Assembly: GCF_009914755.1 (NCBI RefSeq)
Contig: NC_060926.1
Strand: one strand, 5' to 3'
Source of the DNA: the human T2T-CHM13v2.0 reference genome, Homo sapiens
Length of the DNA: 64,000 nt
Positions 1-16,960 of the stretch are shown piece by piece. Under the pieces are notes generated by a model, which saw nothing but the letters and a program-made list of their open reading frames with translations, did no database searches and was not told where the DNA came from. The number at the start of each line of letters is the position of its first letter. Positions within the stretch are counted from its first letter, which is position 1. The position numbers and the translations under genes were made by a program.

Positions 1-719
1 TTAACACCTTATAGTGGCTTCTTATTGTTTTTAAAGTATAAGACAAATATTGGTCTTCAAGCATTGGTCTAACGAACTCTGCATGGCTCCTGCCAACTTC
101 TCTACATTGATCTCCTGCCCCCTCACTGGCCTTTAATAATTCTAATAATTCTAGACTTCAAAACTAAGATTTCTATTCCTCCCATATTCATGTATAACTA
201 GTGGGCTTTTTACTTATTATTTTCACTGCCTGGAATATTTTCCTCCCATGTCTGCTTATCAAACTCCTTCTTTTGATTCAAGTATAACTTTCTTCCTATC
301 TATTCAGTCTAAATTACTGAGGAAAACTCTGCCCCCTTAATGAATACACACATCTCTCTTCCGGTTCTTTTATTTACTATAGTCTGTGCTTCCACGCTGA
401 GAAAAATAGCAAACTACTGAATTTCCTGGTAAATTCTAGCATGATCAATAAAATCCTCCTCCTCTGTTTCAAAGGTAGTTTGTCCAATAAAGTTTTCCTT
501 TAATGTTTACAATCATGATTTAACATGCCAATCTGTGAAAATGTAATAAAACATATCATTTGAATTATCACTAAAGAGAATCTTGAGTCACGATAATTTT
601 CTCACACCTATTATCTATAGCTTGTTTGAATCTCTGCATATAGCCTAGTCCATTGTGATTTTTCAGCAAGTACATTTGACACATATTTCCTATCTCTTAC
701 CAGGGCTTTCTGATGCTTC

Positions 720-1490
<771 letters not shown>

Positions 1491-1559
1491 TGAGCTTACT
1501 GCAGATTCTCTGTCCTTAATTTGACTAATGAGACTGTTCGCCATGCATTGCAAAGGTAA

Positions 1560-1790
1560 TACTCCACTCACTTATTTATGCAGAAATATCTATTGAATGT
1601 TTGTAATGTATCAGACACTGGAGTTTCATCACTGAGTAAGAAATTATCTCTGTTCTCATCAAGTTCAAAAATCTCCTGAGAAAGTCAAAAAGGTAAAAGG
1701 ACAATTATGTCATACATGCTGCAGTATCATTGTACATATAAGGTGCTCTGAACTCTTAACTCAGTCTCAGTGGTTACAGAAAGCTCTGTA
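1560..1790 (-). mobile_element. L2 3' fragment
   Basis: CACTTATTTATGCAGAAATATCTATTGAATGTTTGTAATGTATCAGACACTG resembles the reverse-complemented L2 3' end. Confidence 0.55.
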
Positions 1791-2086
1791 GATGAGCAGT
1801 TTTCCCACAAATATTCATCTTCTCCCAAGTTTTAAAAATCCTCCCTGGGTTTATTTAATCCCAATATTTCCTACTTTCCTACTTAGGCCTGTCTCTCTCC
1901 GTTTGCTGAGTTCTCAGTTCTTATTTAATAAAAAAGGATTTGATTTTATTCATAAAATTCATAACAAATTTATGTTGAGATAATATATGCTTTGAGGATA
2001 ATTATCTTCAATAAATTAAAATATGGCAATAAGTAGAATATTAGTCTAGAAAGATTGTTGGAACAATATTTTGAAATCTGCCCCAC

Positions 2087-2629
2087 TGTGTCATTCAGAG
2101 TTCTGTAGAAAGCCAAAACCAATAGTCTATGTACACGTATACACATGTATACACACACACATACTCACACACACACATACTCATGAAAGGAGATTTATTA
2201 AGGGAATTAGCTCATGCAATTATGGAGGCTGAGAAGTCCCATGACAAGCCATCTGAAAACCTCAAAACCAGGGAAGCTGATGGTAATGTCTGAAGCCAAA
2301 AGCCTGAGAACCTGACAGTCCAGTGGTGCAGGTCCTGGTGTCCAAAGTCTAGGCAAGCTAGGGTTCTCATGTCCAAGGGCAGGAGAAAATGGGTCTCCCA
2401 CATCCAGAAGAGATAAAGTAAATTTGCCTTTCCTCTGCCTTTGTGTTCTATCTGAGACCTTAGCAGATTGAATGGTGCACATCCACACTGATTGTGGAGC
2501 TATCTTACTCTGGCCACTGATTCAAATGACATTCTCTAAGGAATCATTCTCACAGGCATACCCAGAAATAATGCTTATCAGCTATCTGTGCTACTTCAAT
2601 CCAGTTGACACTTAAAATTAACTGTCACA
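2087..2629 (-). mobile_element. MLT2 (ERV-L) solo LTR with internal (CA)n
   Basis: GAATTAGCTCATGCAATTATGGAGGCTGAGAAGTCCCA and terminal GTTGACACTTAAAATTAACTGTCACA are MLT2 hallmarks. Confidence 0.9.
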
Positions 2630-2964
2630 TTCACCTTATAGGAGATTAAATTATTTCTATAATGATATTTTAGAATATATAAATATTATAATTATTTATA
2701 TTATAGCAATAATAGCACTAACTTCACTACATGTGGTTACTTTTTATATCCTATTATAATCACATATAAAAATACTTTTTATATATATTTCATGATTTAA
2801 AATTTTTGACATAGACTTGTTACTATCTTCAATGCTGCACTTCTAAATTCTCACTAATATTACTTTCTGTTCACAGTTGACTAACTTCACAGATGACTCA
2901 AGGAGGAACTAACAAGAAATGCACCCAGAAGCATTTCTTGTCATTCCAACTCACCTCACACTTA

Positions 2965-3190
2965 AGAGAGCCAATGTGAAGGTTACAGAGAGTTTAATAT
3001 GAGAGACATCTGATTCTAATCACAGGCCCTCCACTCACCAACTGAATAACTATGAATTTGTTACTGAAACTTTCTAAACTTCTATTTTCTCACTTATGAA
3101 ATGCAATAATAATTTTTAAGTAGCTATAATATCACAACTGATAGAGTTGTTAGGGAAATTAAATCTGATGTGGCATATGCTTCACAGCAC
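2965..3190 (+). mobile_element. MIR SINE
   Basis: Degenerate MIR core: TTCTAATCACAGGCCCTCCACTCACCAACTG...TTTTCTCACTTATGAAATG.AATAATAAT. Confidence 0.6.
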
Positions 3191-3389
3191 CATTTTGCAG
3201 ATATTTATCATTCAAAACTATCAGCTTTCATTACTGTGAAAGGAATGGTGAGCCTGTATTCACTACTGGTTGGTGATTGGCTGTCTTTGGTGTCATGAAT
3301 AACTTTCTAAAGGTCAGCCACTGCTTGTTCATTAGCTTAAAGTCAGTATGCAAGCATAACTCTTTGTTCCTTAGGGTCTTCAGGGACTA

Positions 3390-3394
<5 letters not shown>

Positions 3395-3438
<44 letters not shown>

Positions 3439-3449
3439 TTTGTGTGTGT
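3395..3449. repeat. (TG)n microsatellite
   Basis: About 21 uninterrupted TG units plus a short interrupted tail. Confidence 0.98.
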
Positions 3450-4985
3450 AGAATATACAATTTATAGTAACATAAATTGGAAAAAAAAACAAGAAACAAT
3501 CAAATTTTTACTAACCAGTCACACATATATATACAAACAATATAACCTTATTTTATAAAAAGTCATTTTTGAAAGTCCCTTTCAGTTTTACAGTAGTTTA
3601 TTAAAGCTACCCTACACAATAATTTATTTCATGAATATTCTTATTTGTTTAATAACATCTAGTACTTTAATTTTAAGATGCTCTAGTGCTGCCCTCTGTA
3701 CTATCCCAACATTAGTAACCCCTGACATGGAAGGAAGATAAGGATTATTAGTTATTAAATATTGTTCTCACTGGAGTAAATGAAAATCAAGTGATCTCTA
3801 AAAAGTCAGGTGGGGCTGGCAGCTTGAATGTGCGGATGGTAACATGAAACACTATGAAGGCTCTTAGATGACCAGATTTGGAGTCTGAAGAAAGGGGACG
3901 ATATGTATGTCTACTCTGGACTAACAGGGGGTCTATGTCTTTATCTTCTGAGCATTAAAAAATTAGATTTAGTCAAATTATTGGAACAGATAAATCCTAT
4001 ATTCAATGATTTCCTGTGTCCCTTTACTATGCTTTCTAATCCCCATGCTTGGTACTTTCATGATACCCACTAACTTGCAAATATCACCCAGACTCAGAGA
4101 ATGTTAGAACTTTAGTGAACCTTGAGAAAATTTAATCCAATCTCCGCACATTATGTGTGAGGAAGTTTCCTGATGATTATCACTCAGAAATGTCTTCTAA
4201 AGCCACATTCTTCTCTTGGTCTGCCTCATGAAGCTCTCGTTTTATTAAACTATTAAAACAATGATCTACGCAGCATCTCTGCACTAGTTTTTCCCTATTG
4301 TAGCCAATTCCTGTTTCTAGGATTCCCTCGCAAAGGGTTCCTCCTTTTCCCATCATATCATGTTATGATAGGTATGCTTCCCAAACTCCAGGCGGGGTCA
4401 AAGAAGATACCAGTCTACTTAGCTTGGATTATCTTGGGGAAATTTACTGATCTCATGATGTCCGTTGAGATGATGTAAGCAGGCAGTGCACCAAGTGAGT
4501 TCTCTGCTATAAACATTGATAAGGATCATACAAGCTATTCCCTTCGTTACATTGAACAGCCCCTTCCTAGTTCAACTCTCTTCCATCACTGTGACAGGCC
4601 ACATCATATTCCAAGCAGAGAAGCATTATATAGAGAAGTAATTCTGGAAATGTGACTGACTCTGAGCTCTGACTTTTACTTTCTGTCTCATCCATTAATT
4701 TCAGCAATGCTTCTTCACCAATCAACATTTGAGATTCCTCATCTGATTCTATATTTGAACTTTGGACATCAGAACTACAATTCAGAATCACAAGAGTTGA
4801 CTCTTATAAATAGAAATAAAACACTTAATTTCCATTCCTTCCATTTATGCATCCTAGAATCAGACATAATATCAACAATATATGAATGAATACAAAAGAA
4901 AAGAAAAAAACAAAGGCTAAAATATTCCACACTTCAATGTAGAAAAGGTCAGAGTAGAGTTAGAATATGAGAAATTGGCATTCAC

Positions 4986-8250
<3,265 letters not shown>

Positions 8251-8274
8251 TAAAAACGTAAAGAATAATAAAAA

Positions 8275-8802
8275 AGATTAAACATAGTTATCATATGACC
8301 AGCAATTCTACTCTTTGTTGTATACCAAAGATAAATGAAAGCATTTGTCCATACAAAATCTTGAACATGAATGTTTATAAGCAGCATTATTCATAATAAC
8401 CAACAAGTGGAAAAAAACAAAATATCCATCAACCAATGAATGAATATACAAAATACATAGCCATACAATGGCATATTATTTGGCAATAAAAAGGAAGGAA
8501 GTACTGATACATGCTGCAACATGAATGAACCTTAATATCATTCTCATGAAGTCACACCAAAAGGGACACATATTGTATGATTCCATTTATATGAAATGTC
8601 CAGAACATGCAAATATGTGGAGGCAGAAAGTAGAGTCATGGTTGCCAGGGCTCAGTCGGATGGGGTAAAAATGTGCCAAAATTAAATGTGGTGATGCTTG
8701 CACAACTCTGTGAATATAATAAAAACCATTGAATTGTACACTTTAAATAGGTAGATAGTAGGGTATGTGAATTATATCTCAATAAAGCTGTTACCAAAAA
8801 AA
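8275..8802 (+). mobile_element. Old L1M (L1MB/MC-type) 3' end; probable 3'-transduced segment
   Basis: CATATGACCAGCAATTCTACTC...GTATGTGAATTATATCTCAATAAAGCTGTT plus A7, followed by GAGAAATTGGCATTCAC (8804-8820). Confidence 0.85.
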
Positions 8803-9544
8803 GGAGAAATTGGCATTCACAAAACTAATTTGTCTCCATTAATATGAATTGAGTTCTGAAATATTTTTTGATTTCTTCATACTCATATAACCAAATTCAG
8901 AAACTTAAATTTTACAAGTCAGTCTTCCCAAGTTTATTCTCAAGGTTATTTTTAACTTTTTTTAAAAAAATCCTTGTACTTTATAAATTTGTTTTGTAAT
9001 TTAATATTTTAAAATACTGTCCCTCATTAAAATTTATTATTCAAAAGCAAAATTAAAATAATGTACTTTTTGGAAAACATCCTGCTATTTTTAAAGCTTG
9101 CCTTCACTTTATTAAAATTTGTTTCATTGCTCTCTCCCTGTCTGTTTCAATGAGGAATAAAGTTCTTAGCATAATGTCTGGCAAAAATTAGATGCTGAAA
9201 TATTAGTTGAATGGGTTCTATGTATAATCTAAGTTTTGTCTTCTGAGACAACAGGGGAAGGAACTTATGTAATAGCAACATGTTGGTAGTCTATACTTTA
9301 TAGAGTTTCATAATCTAGTTTAATTCTCAGATAATCATATAAAGTGCTGCCATTATTGTGTTTATTTACAAAACTAGGAAACTGAATTTCTTGTTTGCCT
9401 AAGAGGAAAGAACCAAAACATGGGTCTATGTCACATGGCTCTCAACAATAAAATATTTCAAGAATTGTGTCAGTACTTCAACGTATTTATCTTATTAATG
9501 TCACATGACAGCCTTATTATTAATATGTAGAAAGTAATTTGAGT

Positions 9545-10077
9545 TGTATTAGTCAAGGTTCTCCAGAAAAACAGAACCAATAGGATAGAAATATACATGT
9601 GGATATAGACACAGGAGAGGAAATTTATGAGGGGCATTGGCTCACATGATTATGGAGGCTAAGAAGTCCCAGGATATGCTGTTTGCAAGCTGGAGAATTT
9701 GGGAAGCTGATAGCATAACTCAAAGTCTGAGAAAGTCTTAATCAGGCTTGGGAACCTGAGGGACACTGGTGCAAGTCTCAAAGGCTGGAGAACCTGGAGT
9801 TCTGATGCCCAAGGGTAGAAGAAGACGGGTGCCTCCACTCCAGAAAAGTGAGAGAGGGCACATTTGCCTTTGCTCTACCTTTTTGTTTTATCCAGGCCCT
9901 CAGCTTATTGAATCATGCCCACCCACATTGGGTAAGAATGAATCTTCTTTGGTCTACTGATTCAAATGCCAATCTCTTCTGAAAATGCTGTCACAGATAT
10001 TGCCAGGAATAATGTTTTACCAGCTGTCTTGGAATCCCTTAATCCAGTCAAGTTGACATGTAAAATTAATCATCACA
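9545..10077 (-). mobile_element. MLT2 (ERV-L) solo LTR inserted into a MIR
   Basis: TGTATTAGTCAAGGTTCTCCAGAAAAACAGAACCAATAGG...CAAGTTGACATGTAAAATTAATCATCACA; MIR sequence (GGTTAAGTGA) resumes downstream. Confidence 0.93.
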
Positions 10078-10369
10078 GAGGTTTATATAGGTTAAGTGAT
10101 ATGTCCTGAGTGATACAGGTCCAAGTATAGGGGCTGGGTTTCTAACAGTTCTGTTCAGAACCCACAGCACTCTTAATCATTCTGATGTCTTCATAATAGA
10201 GATGATGGCAGTGGCATGTAGCTTGGGGGGAGTGTCTTCAAATCTAGCTACTCTGATGCTCAAGAAGTTAGAAAGAGATTTTCTTTTAGAAACATATGAG
10301 TAATGCGGTACCTTTTTTGGAAATATATATTCATTGTGTTATTCCTTATGCATTCCTTATTACTTTATT

Positions 10370-10660
10370 TTAAGCAGTCCCCAAATGACTTTTATTTGGT
10401 CATGAAATAAAGACCATGTTCCTCATCCTGGTAATTAAGCATAGGTTCAATGTGCTTCCATAAATTTTACTACTCTTTATTCTCAACTGTATGCTTTGGC
10501 CTTTTTTTCCTCAAATACTCAGAGCTTTTCCCACTCAATTGTTAGGTGGTTTATGCCATTGTCGTGCCTGGAATGCCTTAATTTATCAATTGGAGCTTCT
10601 CCTATTCTCCAAGATCAGACAAATGCTATGCTAATAAATATCTCATAGAATTTGACATTG
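10370..10660 (+). mobile_element. L2 fragment
   Basis: Degenerate L2-like text (GTGCCTGGAATGCCTT, TTCTCCAAGATCAGACAAATG). Confidence 0.45.
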
Positions 10661-12589
10661 TTTCATAATTACAAGATTTTAGGTAGAATTATAGTTTCTT
10701 TGAATGGCAGGTCACGACACAAAAGATATTGGATAAATGAAAGTCAGAACTCCTTGTTACTTCCAATTGCAAATGAGAGAAGGCTGAGTCACACAAGGGG
10801 TTGCTCCCAGGGACAAGGTAACAGACAGCTAGAGGCAGCTTAAGTATGGCAAGCCAGGTGGGGTTAGCTAGGTTTTTCTGGCTTCCTGTGGATAGGTGAA
10901 ATTGAATCATCTTGTGGGCCCCAGTGACACAGAGGCTATCCCTTAATTGTCTGTACCTAGCCCTAGGGCATAGCAGCCCCAGAGTGAGAGAACTTGAGAA
11001 GGGATTTAGTTGGAGTGTAGGCTTAATAAAGAAGGGAAACTGACCTGCCTCTGGCCAGAGACTCAAGACTGGGTCAAACAGCATTAAAAACAAATAAGGA
11101 AATACAAACTCTATTAAGGTATATTCTGAGTCTATGTCTGGTCTAGCAGTGGGTTTGGGAAATGCTGTTTGAGTTTCATTTCACATAGTATCCATTTTAT
11201 ATGATAAAATTCATATGACATCTGAATTTTATGGACCATTACTGGGTGGTGTATCTTCCTGTCCTCCTACACCTGGAACATCTAAAATACTAGAAGAGAT
11301 TTTCTTCAGTCCCTGCTGGTACTGGCTCTCTCGCACTAGATCAGTTACGACCTTCCAAAAAGCTATCTAGACTACTCAGGATAAGAGGCCCATGAATGAG
11401 AGGACAATTGCACGGATTCTGCAGTTTCCTCGGCATTAGAGAATTATCACTCCTTTTCTGTGGGTCACTGTCATAAGTTTCTCTTTCGCTGGTTTTCTCT
11501 CTCAACCACTGTCATTTCTCCTTCTCACTAAATCCTCCTGGGGCCTGTGTGTGCCTCTGCCTGTCAAAGACTTTTTTTAGTACACTCTCAAATTGGGATC
11601 TTATGCAAGAGGAAAAAAGGAATAGGAATATGGAGAAGTCTAGCAAGGAAGGAAGATTCCAGTGTTATCATTGCATTTATTCAGGTTTCTGGGCAATTTA
11701 GCAGGTTCTCTCTGGCAAGATTTTATAGTGATTGAAGTTCCATTATGCAAAGTTACCAGTACGTTACCAAAATGACAGTTCTAAGAGTAAATAATTAAAT
11801 TTCTGATTCTAATTAAGATTCTGAATCTTCCAAAGATTTACATTTTATTTTTGACATAAAGTAGATTTTATTTTTAAATTCAATTTTACTTACCATATGA
11901 GGATATGTTAATAGATGCCAAACAGTTTTTGGTTTGGTATATAATGATGGAATACTATGTGATAAAAAAAATTCCAGCAGACTTGGTAATTAAAAAAAAG
12001 TTATTAAAAAAAAAAGCCTAACCTTGCTCAATTTTGCATTCTATGAAGCAATACTTTTGTTCTCTTTTTCCCTCCATATCACTTCTATGTCCTCCAAGGA
12101 CTACTAGATAATCCTTAATGGATTTCAACTCAGATATTCCCCACTAGCATCCAAAGGGAGTTTTCAAAATGATTTGTCCTTCTTGGTCCTAAATTCAGAA
12201 TCCATTGAAATAGTGTGAATATTTCTCTGGCATTGACTCAGTCTTATTATTTAAAAATCTGAGAAGCCAAATTTCTGACTGACTATAAAGCAGGTAAAAT
12301 GAAGGGAAGAGCATCTGGTGAATGAAGAGAGCTATTGTAGAAACTCAATTTACTCCTACCAGACAGATTCACTCTCATTCCTTCCACATTGACTGTTGCC
12401 CACAGTACAAGAAAGGAGCTAAACTGACATGCCAACTCTCAGTCCACATCTTTCCCCAGTGACAAGTTGTGTTCTTCACCTGTGCCAACTGGATTTGTTT
12501 TCAAACAGTTTTAGATTAGTAATATCCGTTATTATAAATACAAACTAATAAAATAAAATGTAAACTAATGAAATATTAGTGCAATAGAC

Positions 12590-12920
12590 TATACACTTAA
12601 GTTGTTTTCTAGAAAGTTATCTTGGATATGGGAAAAACTCAATACATCTGAGTTAGTTAAAATAAAATAAATGTGATAAACATTGCTACCATATTGGGTA
12701 GATTAAAGGCACCTGAAAAAGATAATAGGAAATGATAAAAATTTATAAGGATTCTGTATTCAGATTGCTTAACAAATGCCTTTAACTTTTCACTCCACTT
12801 TGAAGAAACCAAAACTAGATATCATACATTATGCATGACAAGTGTGGTTTATGACAGAAAATAATGTAGGACTCTATTTAGAGGACTTAAATAGAAAATG
12901 ACTTCAACTAAATTGGCAGG
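12590..12920 (+). mobile_element. Tigger/pogo-family DNA transposon remnant (transposase N-terminal, CENP-B-type HTH)
   Basis: Manual translation from 12749: GFCIQIA*QMPLTFHSTLKKPKLDIIHYA*QVWFM, resembling the Tigger 'LKKPKLE..D.AL..WF' motif. Confidence 0.6.
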
Positions 12921-13119
12921 TGATTATATATTTACATCATTCACATAAAAATGCATTGTGACATTATATATTTTTCATTCTATGTGTGTATATATATACA
13001 TATGTATATGTGTTATATAGTTTTTTTATGATACCCAACTTCAGTTGATGATTTTTTTCTATTTGCAGAGCAACTACTGGCCCTGATCATGTCAGGTAAC
13101 AATTAATAAAAGGTATCTT

Positions 13120-13335
13120 TTTTTGAGCACACACTCTGTGATATACAAGACGCTCACTGGCACATATCAACTCATATAATTCTCATAGCAACCCTGTTAT
13201 TGCCACCTTTTACACATGAGGAAACTGAGGCATAGAGAAGTTAAGTAATCAGCTCAATGTCTTATGGCTATCAAATGCTGAAGCTTTGATTCAAACATAG
13301 GCAGTATGATCCCACAGTTCATGAACTAAACCTGC
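13120..13335 (-). mobile_element. MIR SINE
   Basis: TTTTACACATGAGGAAACTGAGGCATAGAGAAGTTAAGTAA is the MIR core in reverse. Confidence 0.85.
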
Positions 13336-13390
13336 ATCTATAGTTTATGTTTTCCTATATAAATATATTGATAAATCACTGTCCTTTTAA

Positions 13391-13519
13391 TCCATTTATG
13401 CCGGAGGTTGCAAATTTTATTTGTGAAAAATCAGACTTTGGTGATGACCTTGAACAGTAGGATATAAATAACTGCCACAAGCTTAGCGTTCCAATAATGG
13501 AACACTAGGCATAAACAAG
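13391..13519 (-). mobile_element. MER85 non-autonomous piggyBac (PGBD3-derived) element
   Basis: TTAA|TCCATTTATGCCGGAGGTTGCAAA...GCGTTCCAATAATGGAACACTAGGCATAAA; TTAA target at 13387-13390, degenerate TCAA at 13520-13523. Confidence 0.92.
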
Positions 13520-14332
13520 TCAAGTTGAACAAATGAATGAATCAGCATGTGAAATTGCATCTATAGTTAGTAAATTATCCCAGTGCTGCCCACTGAAAAT
13601 TAGCCCTAAGTTCATATTCTCCTACAAAATAATTTGCATTAACTTCTAAGTGCATTCCATTTGCTCAGGATAATTTTTATCTTTTAAAAAATGTCCTAGC
13701 GTATTTTGACTAACATCTTACTCTTAATTTCTAATTCCTTAGCCTCGGACACTTCTTTAAGGCTTCTTCTGAAGTGTTAGAAGGTCTCTGGCATATCTAA
13801 ACTCTTTTCTTTCTCCATAAAACTCAACTGTATTTACAGCAAAGTTCAACTGAGCTCCCCAGCACTAGGAGCCACACACTGTCCAAGAGAAGAAATGGGA
13901 TAACAGCATCTTGGGCCAAAATACACCATCAAAGTTAGCCCAGCTCAGGAAAGCTTGGTGTGTCCCTGATCTCCATTACTGCATCCTCAGTACATGGATT
14001 CAGGATGCCACTGGGGCCACCAGCCTGCTGACATGCCTGCCATAAATTGATTAGACAAAAAGTAGACAAAAGATAATTTTTATCTTCTGTTTTTAAAATC
14101 TAAATGTATTCTTTCAAAACTCCCAGGAGTAGACCCTGTATGTACTACCCTATATGTAACTCCGTTAAATTCAAAATATCTACTGACTAACAGTTCTCCT
14201 GTGTTTGTTCCAGTCAGCTCTAGGAATGGGTTTTCTAAAAACTTGCAAATATATTTTGATTATGAACAGAGGGAAAAGTGCAGGCAATTCTCCTAAGTCA
14301 AGAGGTTTCATTAATGAGTACTAAACTTTAAA

Positions 14333-14670
14333 ATGCAAGATCATGTCATTTTCAGGGACATGGATGAAGCTGAAGGCCATTATCCTTAGCAAACTGGCAC
14401 AGGAACAGAAAACCAAATACCGCATATGCTCAGTTATAAGTGGGAGCTAAATGATAAGAACACTTGGACACATAGAGGGGAACAACACACACTGGGGCCT
14501 TTTGGAGGGTGGAGGGTGGAGGGTGGAGAGAACCAGGAAAAACAGCTACTGGGTACTAGGCTTAGTACCTGGGTGATGAATTAATCTGTACAACCAACCC
14601 CCATGACACAAGTTTACCTCTGTAACAAACCTGCACTTGTATGCCTGAACTTAACATAAAAGTTAAAAAT
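14333..14670 (+). mobile_element. L1PA (older, about PA13-16) 3' end
   Basis: GGACATGGATGAAGCTG..GCCATTATCCTTAGCAAACT...GTACTAGGCTTAGTACCTGGGTGATG...GAACTTAACATAAAAGTTAAAAA. Confidence 0.9.
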
Positions 14671-14923
14671 ATATTACTTTTAATAATCTGAAGTGTAGCC
14701 TTAAGTAGATATAAGAAAACTACTTTTCTTCATTACCTATAGGTGTTCTGTTAATTTGATACACTTAATAAACCAAGAGAAAAAGAGTCACAGCATTAGC
14801 GATTTATGTAGTCATGATAAACCTCTCTCAATTTTTGCCTGCTGAAACATGAATGTAATATGTTAAGGAGTGTGTTTTTGTAAGAAAATTACATGAACAA
14901 TAGCAAGATATATTGATTATATT

Positions 14924-15176
14924 CTTTTTTTTTTTTTTTTTTTTGAGACAAAGTCACTCTTGTTACCTAGGCTGGAGTTCTGTGGCGTGATCTCGGCTCA
15001 CTGCAACCTCCACCTCCCGGTTGAAGTGATTCTCCTGCCTCAGCCTCCTGAGTAGCTGGGATTACAGGCACCCGCCACCACACCTGGCTAATTTTTGTAC
15101 TTTTACTAGAGATGAGGTTTCGCCATGTTGGCCAGGCTGTTCTCGAACTCCTGACCTCAGGTGATCCACCCTCCTC
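14924..15176 (-). mobile_element. AluS-family SINE lacking about 50 bp of its 5' end
   Basis: Poly-T plus Alu body ending at GACCTCAGGTGATCCACCCTCCTC. Confidence 0.96.
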
Positions 15177-15249
15177 TCCCTCATGCTGATCTCTGATTCT
15201 AATAGAGTTGGGCATATCCCATTGTTTTTTCTTTCTTTGTATTCCTACC

Positions 15250-15970
15250 CTTAACTTCAGGCACTGACTCTGTTATAGAAGTTTATAGCAGAGTGGGATA
15301 ACTAAAACCCCAACTTTTCCACCAGAGGACCAAAAAGAACTCCAGGGAACTCAAAAGTACTAAGAAAATCATGGAGAGGGAGGAATGCAAGGAAATGAAC
15401 CCATAAAGATTTTTTGAACTCCTGAACATTCCCAACCTGCTCCTGCATGAATCAGATCCTATTCACTATACCAAAGCCATTGAGGACTGAATTGACAGAC
15501 TATCAGCTAGTCTTCACTGGGTGTAAAGAAGACCTAGATTCTCATAACATGATACTCAAAATGTCCAGATACGATCAAAAATCACTTGGCATACAAAATA
15601 ATTAGGGAACTCTCAACTCATATGGGTAAAGACAAAGAGACAATCAGTAGACTTCAGCACCAAAGTGGCACAGATGTTGAAATATTCTGACAAAGACTAT
15701 AAAGTAGGTATTATAAAAATGCATCAGGAAGCAAATGTGAACACTGTTGAAGCCAACAGATATATTAAAAATCTCATCAAATAAATATAAGAGGAAAGAC
15801 CAAATGAAAATTTTAGAACCAATAAACACAATGACCAAAATAAAAAAAATTCACTTGATAAGCATAACCGTAGAAGTGAGACGATAGAAAAAGAGTCAAT
15901 GAACTTGAAGATACATAAATAGATGTAAATAATCCAACCTGAAAAACAGTGAGAACAAAACGAAAAATAA
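15250..15970 (+). mobile_element. Old L1M 5' UTR/ORF1-region fragment
   Basis: CAAAATGTCCAGATAC..TCAAAAATCACTTGGCATAC, CAGATGTTGAAATATTCTGACAAAGACT, GAGTCAATGAACTTGAAGATA. Confidence 0.7.
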
Positions 15971-16650
15971 CTCCGATGTTCCTTTGATAAGTTTAGTAAA
16001 TGTAATATAAATTCCTTCTTATTTCAGGAAGTCAACTGAAAGATCTCAGAGGCTTGTATCATGCCTATAATATAAGGAAAGGGACTCTAACCTTGTTGAT
16101 TTTCTTAGTGGTAAATGATGGCCAAGCCACCTGGCCTTATCCCAGTCTGCCCTACTGACCTCTTCTGACATTTTCCCTTTCCCTGGCCTGTTAACCAGAG
16201 ATGATCTCATCTACACAGCATGTTGCTGGTGGTGTATAAAAATCCCCAAGACCCTTCATTTATGTTCATGTCTCTAGCTCTCAAGCTCCCAGCTTTGATA
16301 GGTGTTTTTAGATTATTAGGCATTTGAATAGTGTGAGTACTCTTTGTTTGTTGCTTTCTGTTCCCCAGTTTTCAGCACTGCAAAACCTATTGCTGTCTCA
16401 GAGGATAGAATCCTTCTTATAGTAGTGATCTCACAATCCCACTGGCTATATTCATGATTTGCTAGCCAGAAGCAACAGTGTTCAATTCCAAGATACAATC
16501 AGTTTCCTGAGGCCAAGCCTTAGAAGGGTCTATTCAACCCAAGTCTCACTTAGGTTTTGATATCTTAGAATTTTGTTTGGCTCTTTGTCTGGGCAAGGTG
16601 CTTTGAAGAAATTCTTTGCTGATCTTGTAGCTTTAGAAAGCAGTCGTTTA

Positions 16651-16960
16651 GGCTGGGCGCGGTGGCTCACGCCTGTAATCCCAGCACTTTGGGAGGCCGA
16701 GGTGGGCTGATCACGAGGTCAGGAGATCGAGACCATCCTGGCTAACACAGTGAAACCCCGTTTCTATCAAAAAATACAAAAAAAATTAGCTGGGCATGGT
16801 AGCGGGTGCCTGTAGTCCCAGCTACTCAGGAGGCTGAGGCAGGAGAATGGCGTGAACCCGGGCGGCAGAGGTTGCGGTGAGCCGAGATCTCACCACTGCA
16901 CTCCAGCCTGGGTGACAGAGTGAGATTCTGCCTCAAAAAAAAAAAAAAAGAAAGAAAGAA
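16651..16960 (+). mobile_element. AluY SINE with TSD
   Basis: GATCACGAGGTCAGGAGATCGAGACCATCCTGGCTAACAC, GAGAATGGCGTGAACCCGGG; TSD AGAAAG(C/T)AGT(C/T)GTTTA at 16635-16650 and 16961-16976. Confidence 0.97.

Noticed and set aside
4567-4791. Acidic 74-aa minus-strand ORF (EEALLKLMDETES) faintly reminiscent of piggyBac-type N-termini or a host exon
   Set aside because: Short and low-complexity, with no catalytic motif, TIR or convincing splice context; the similarity is too vague to support.
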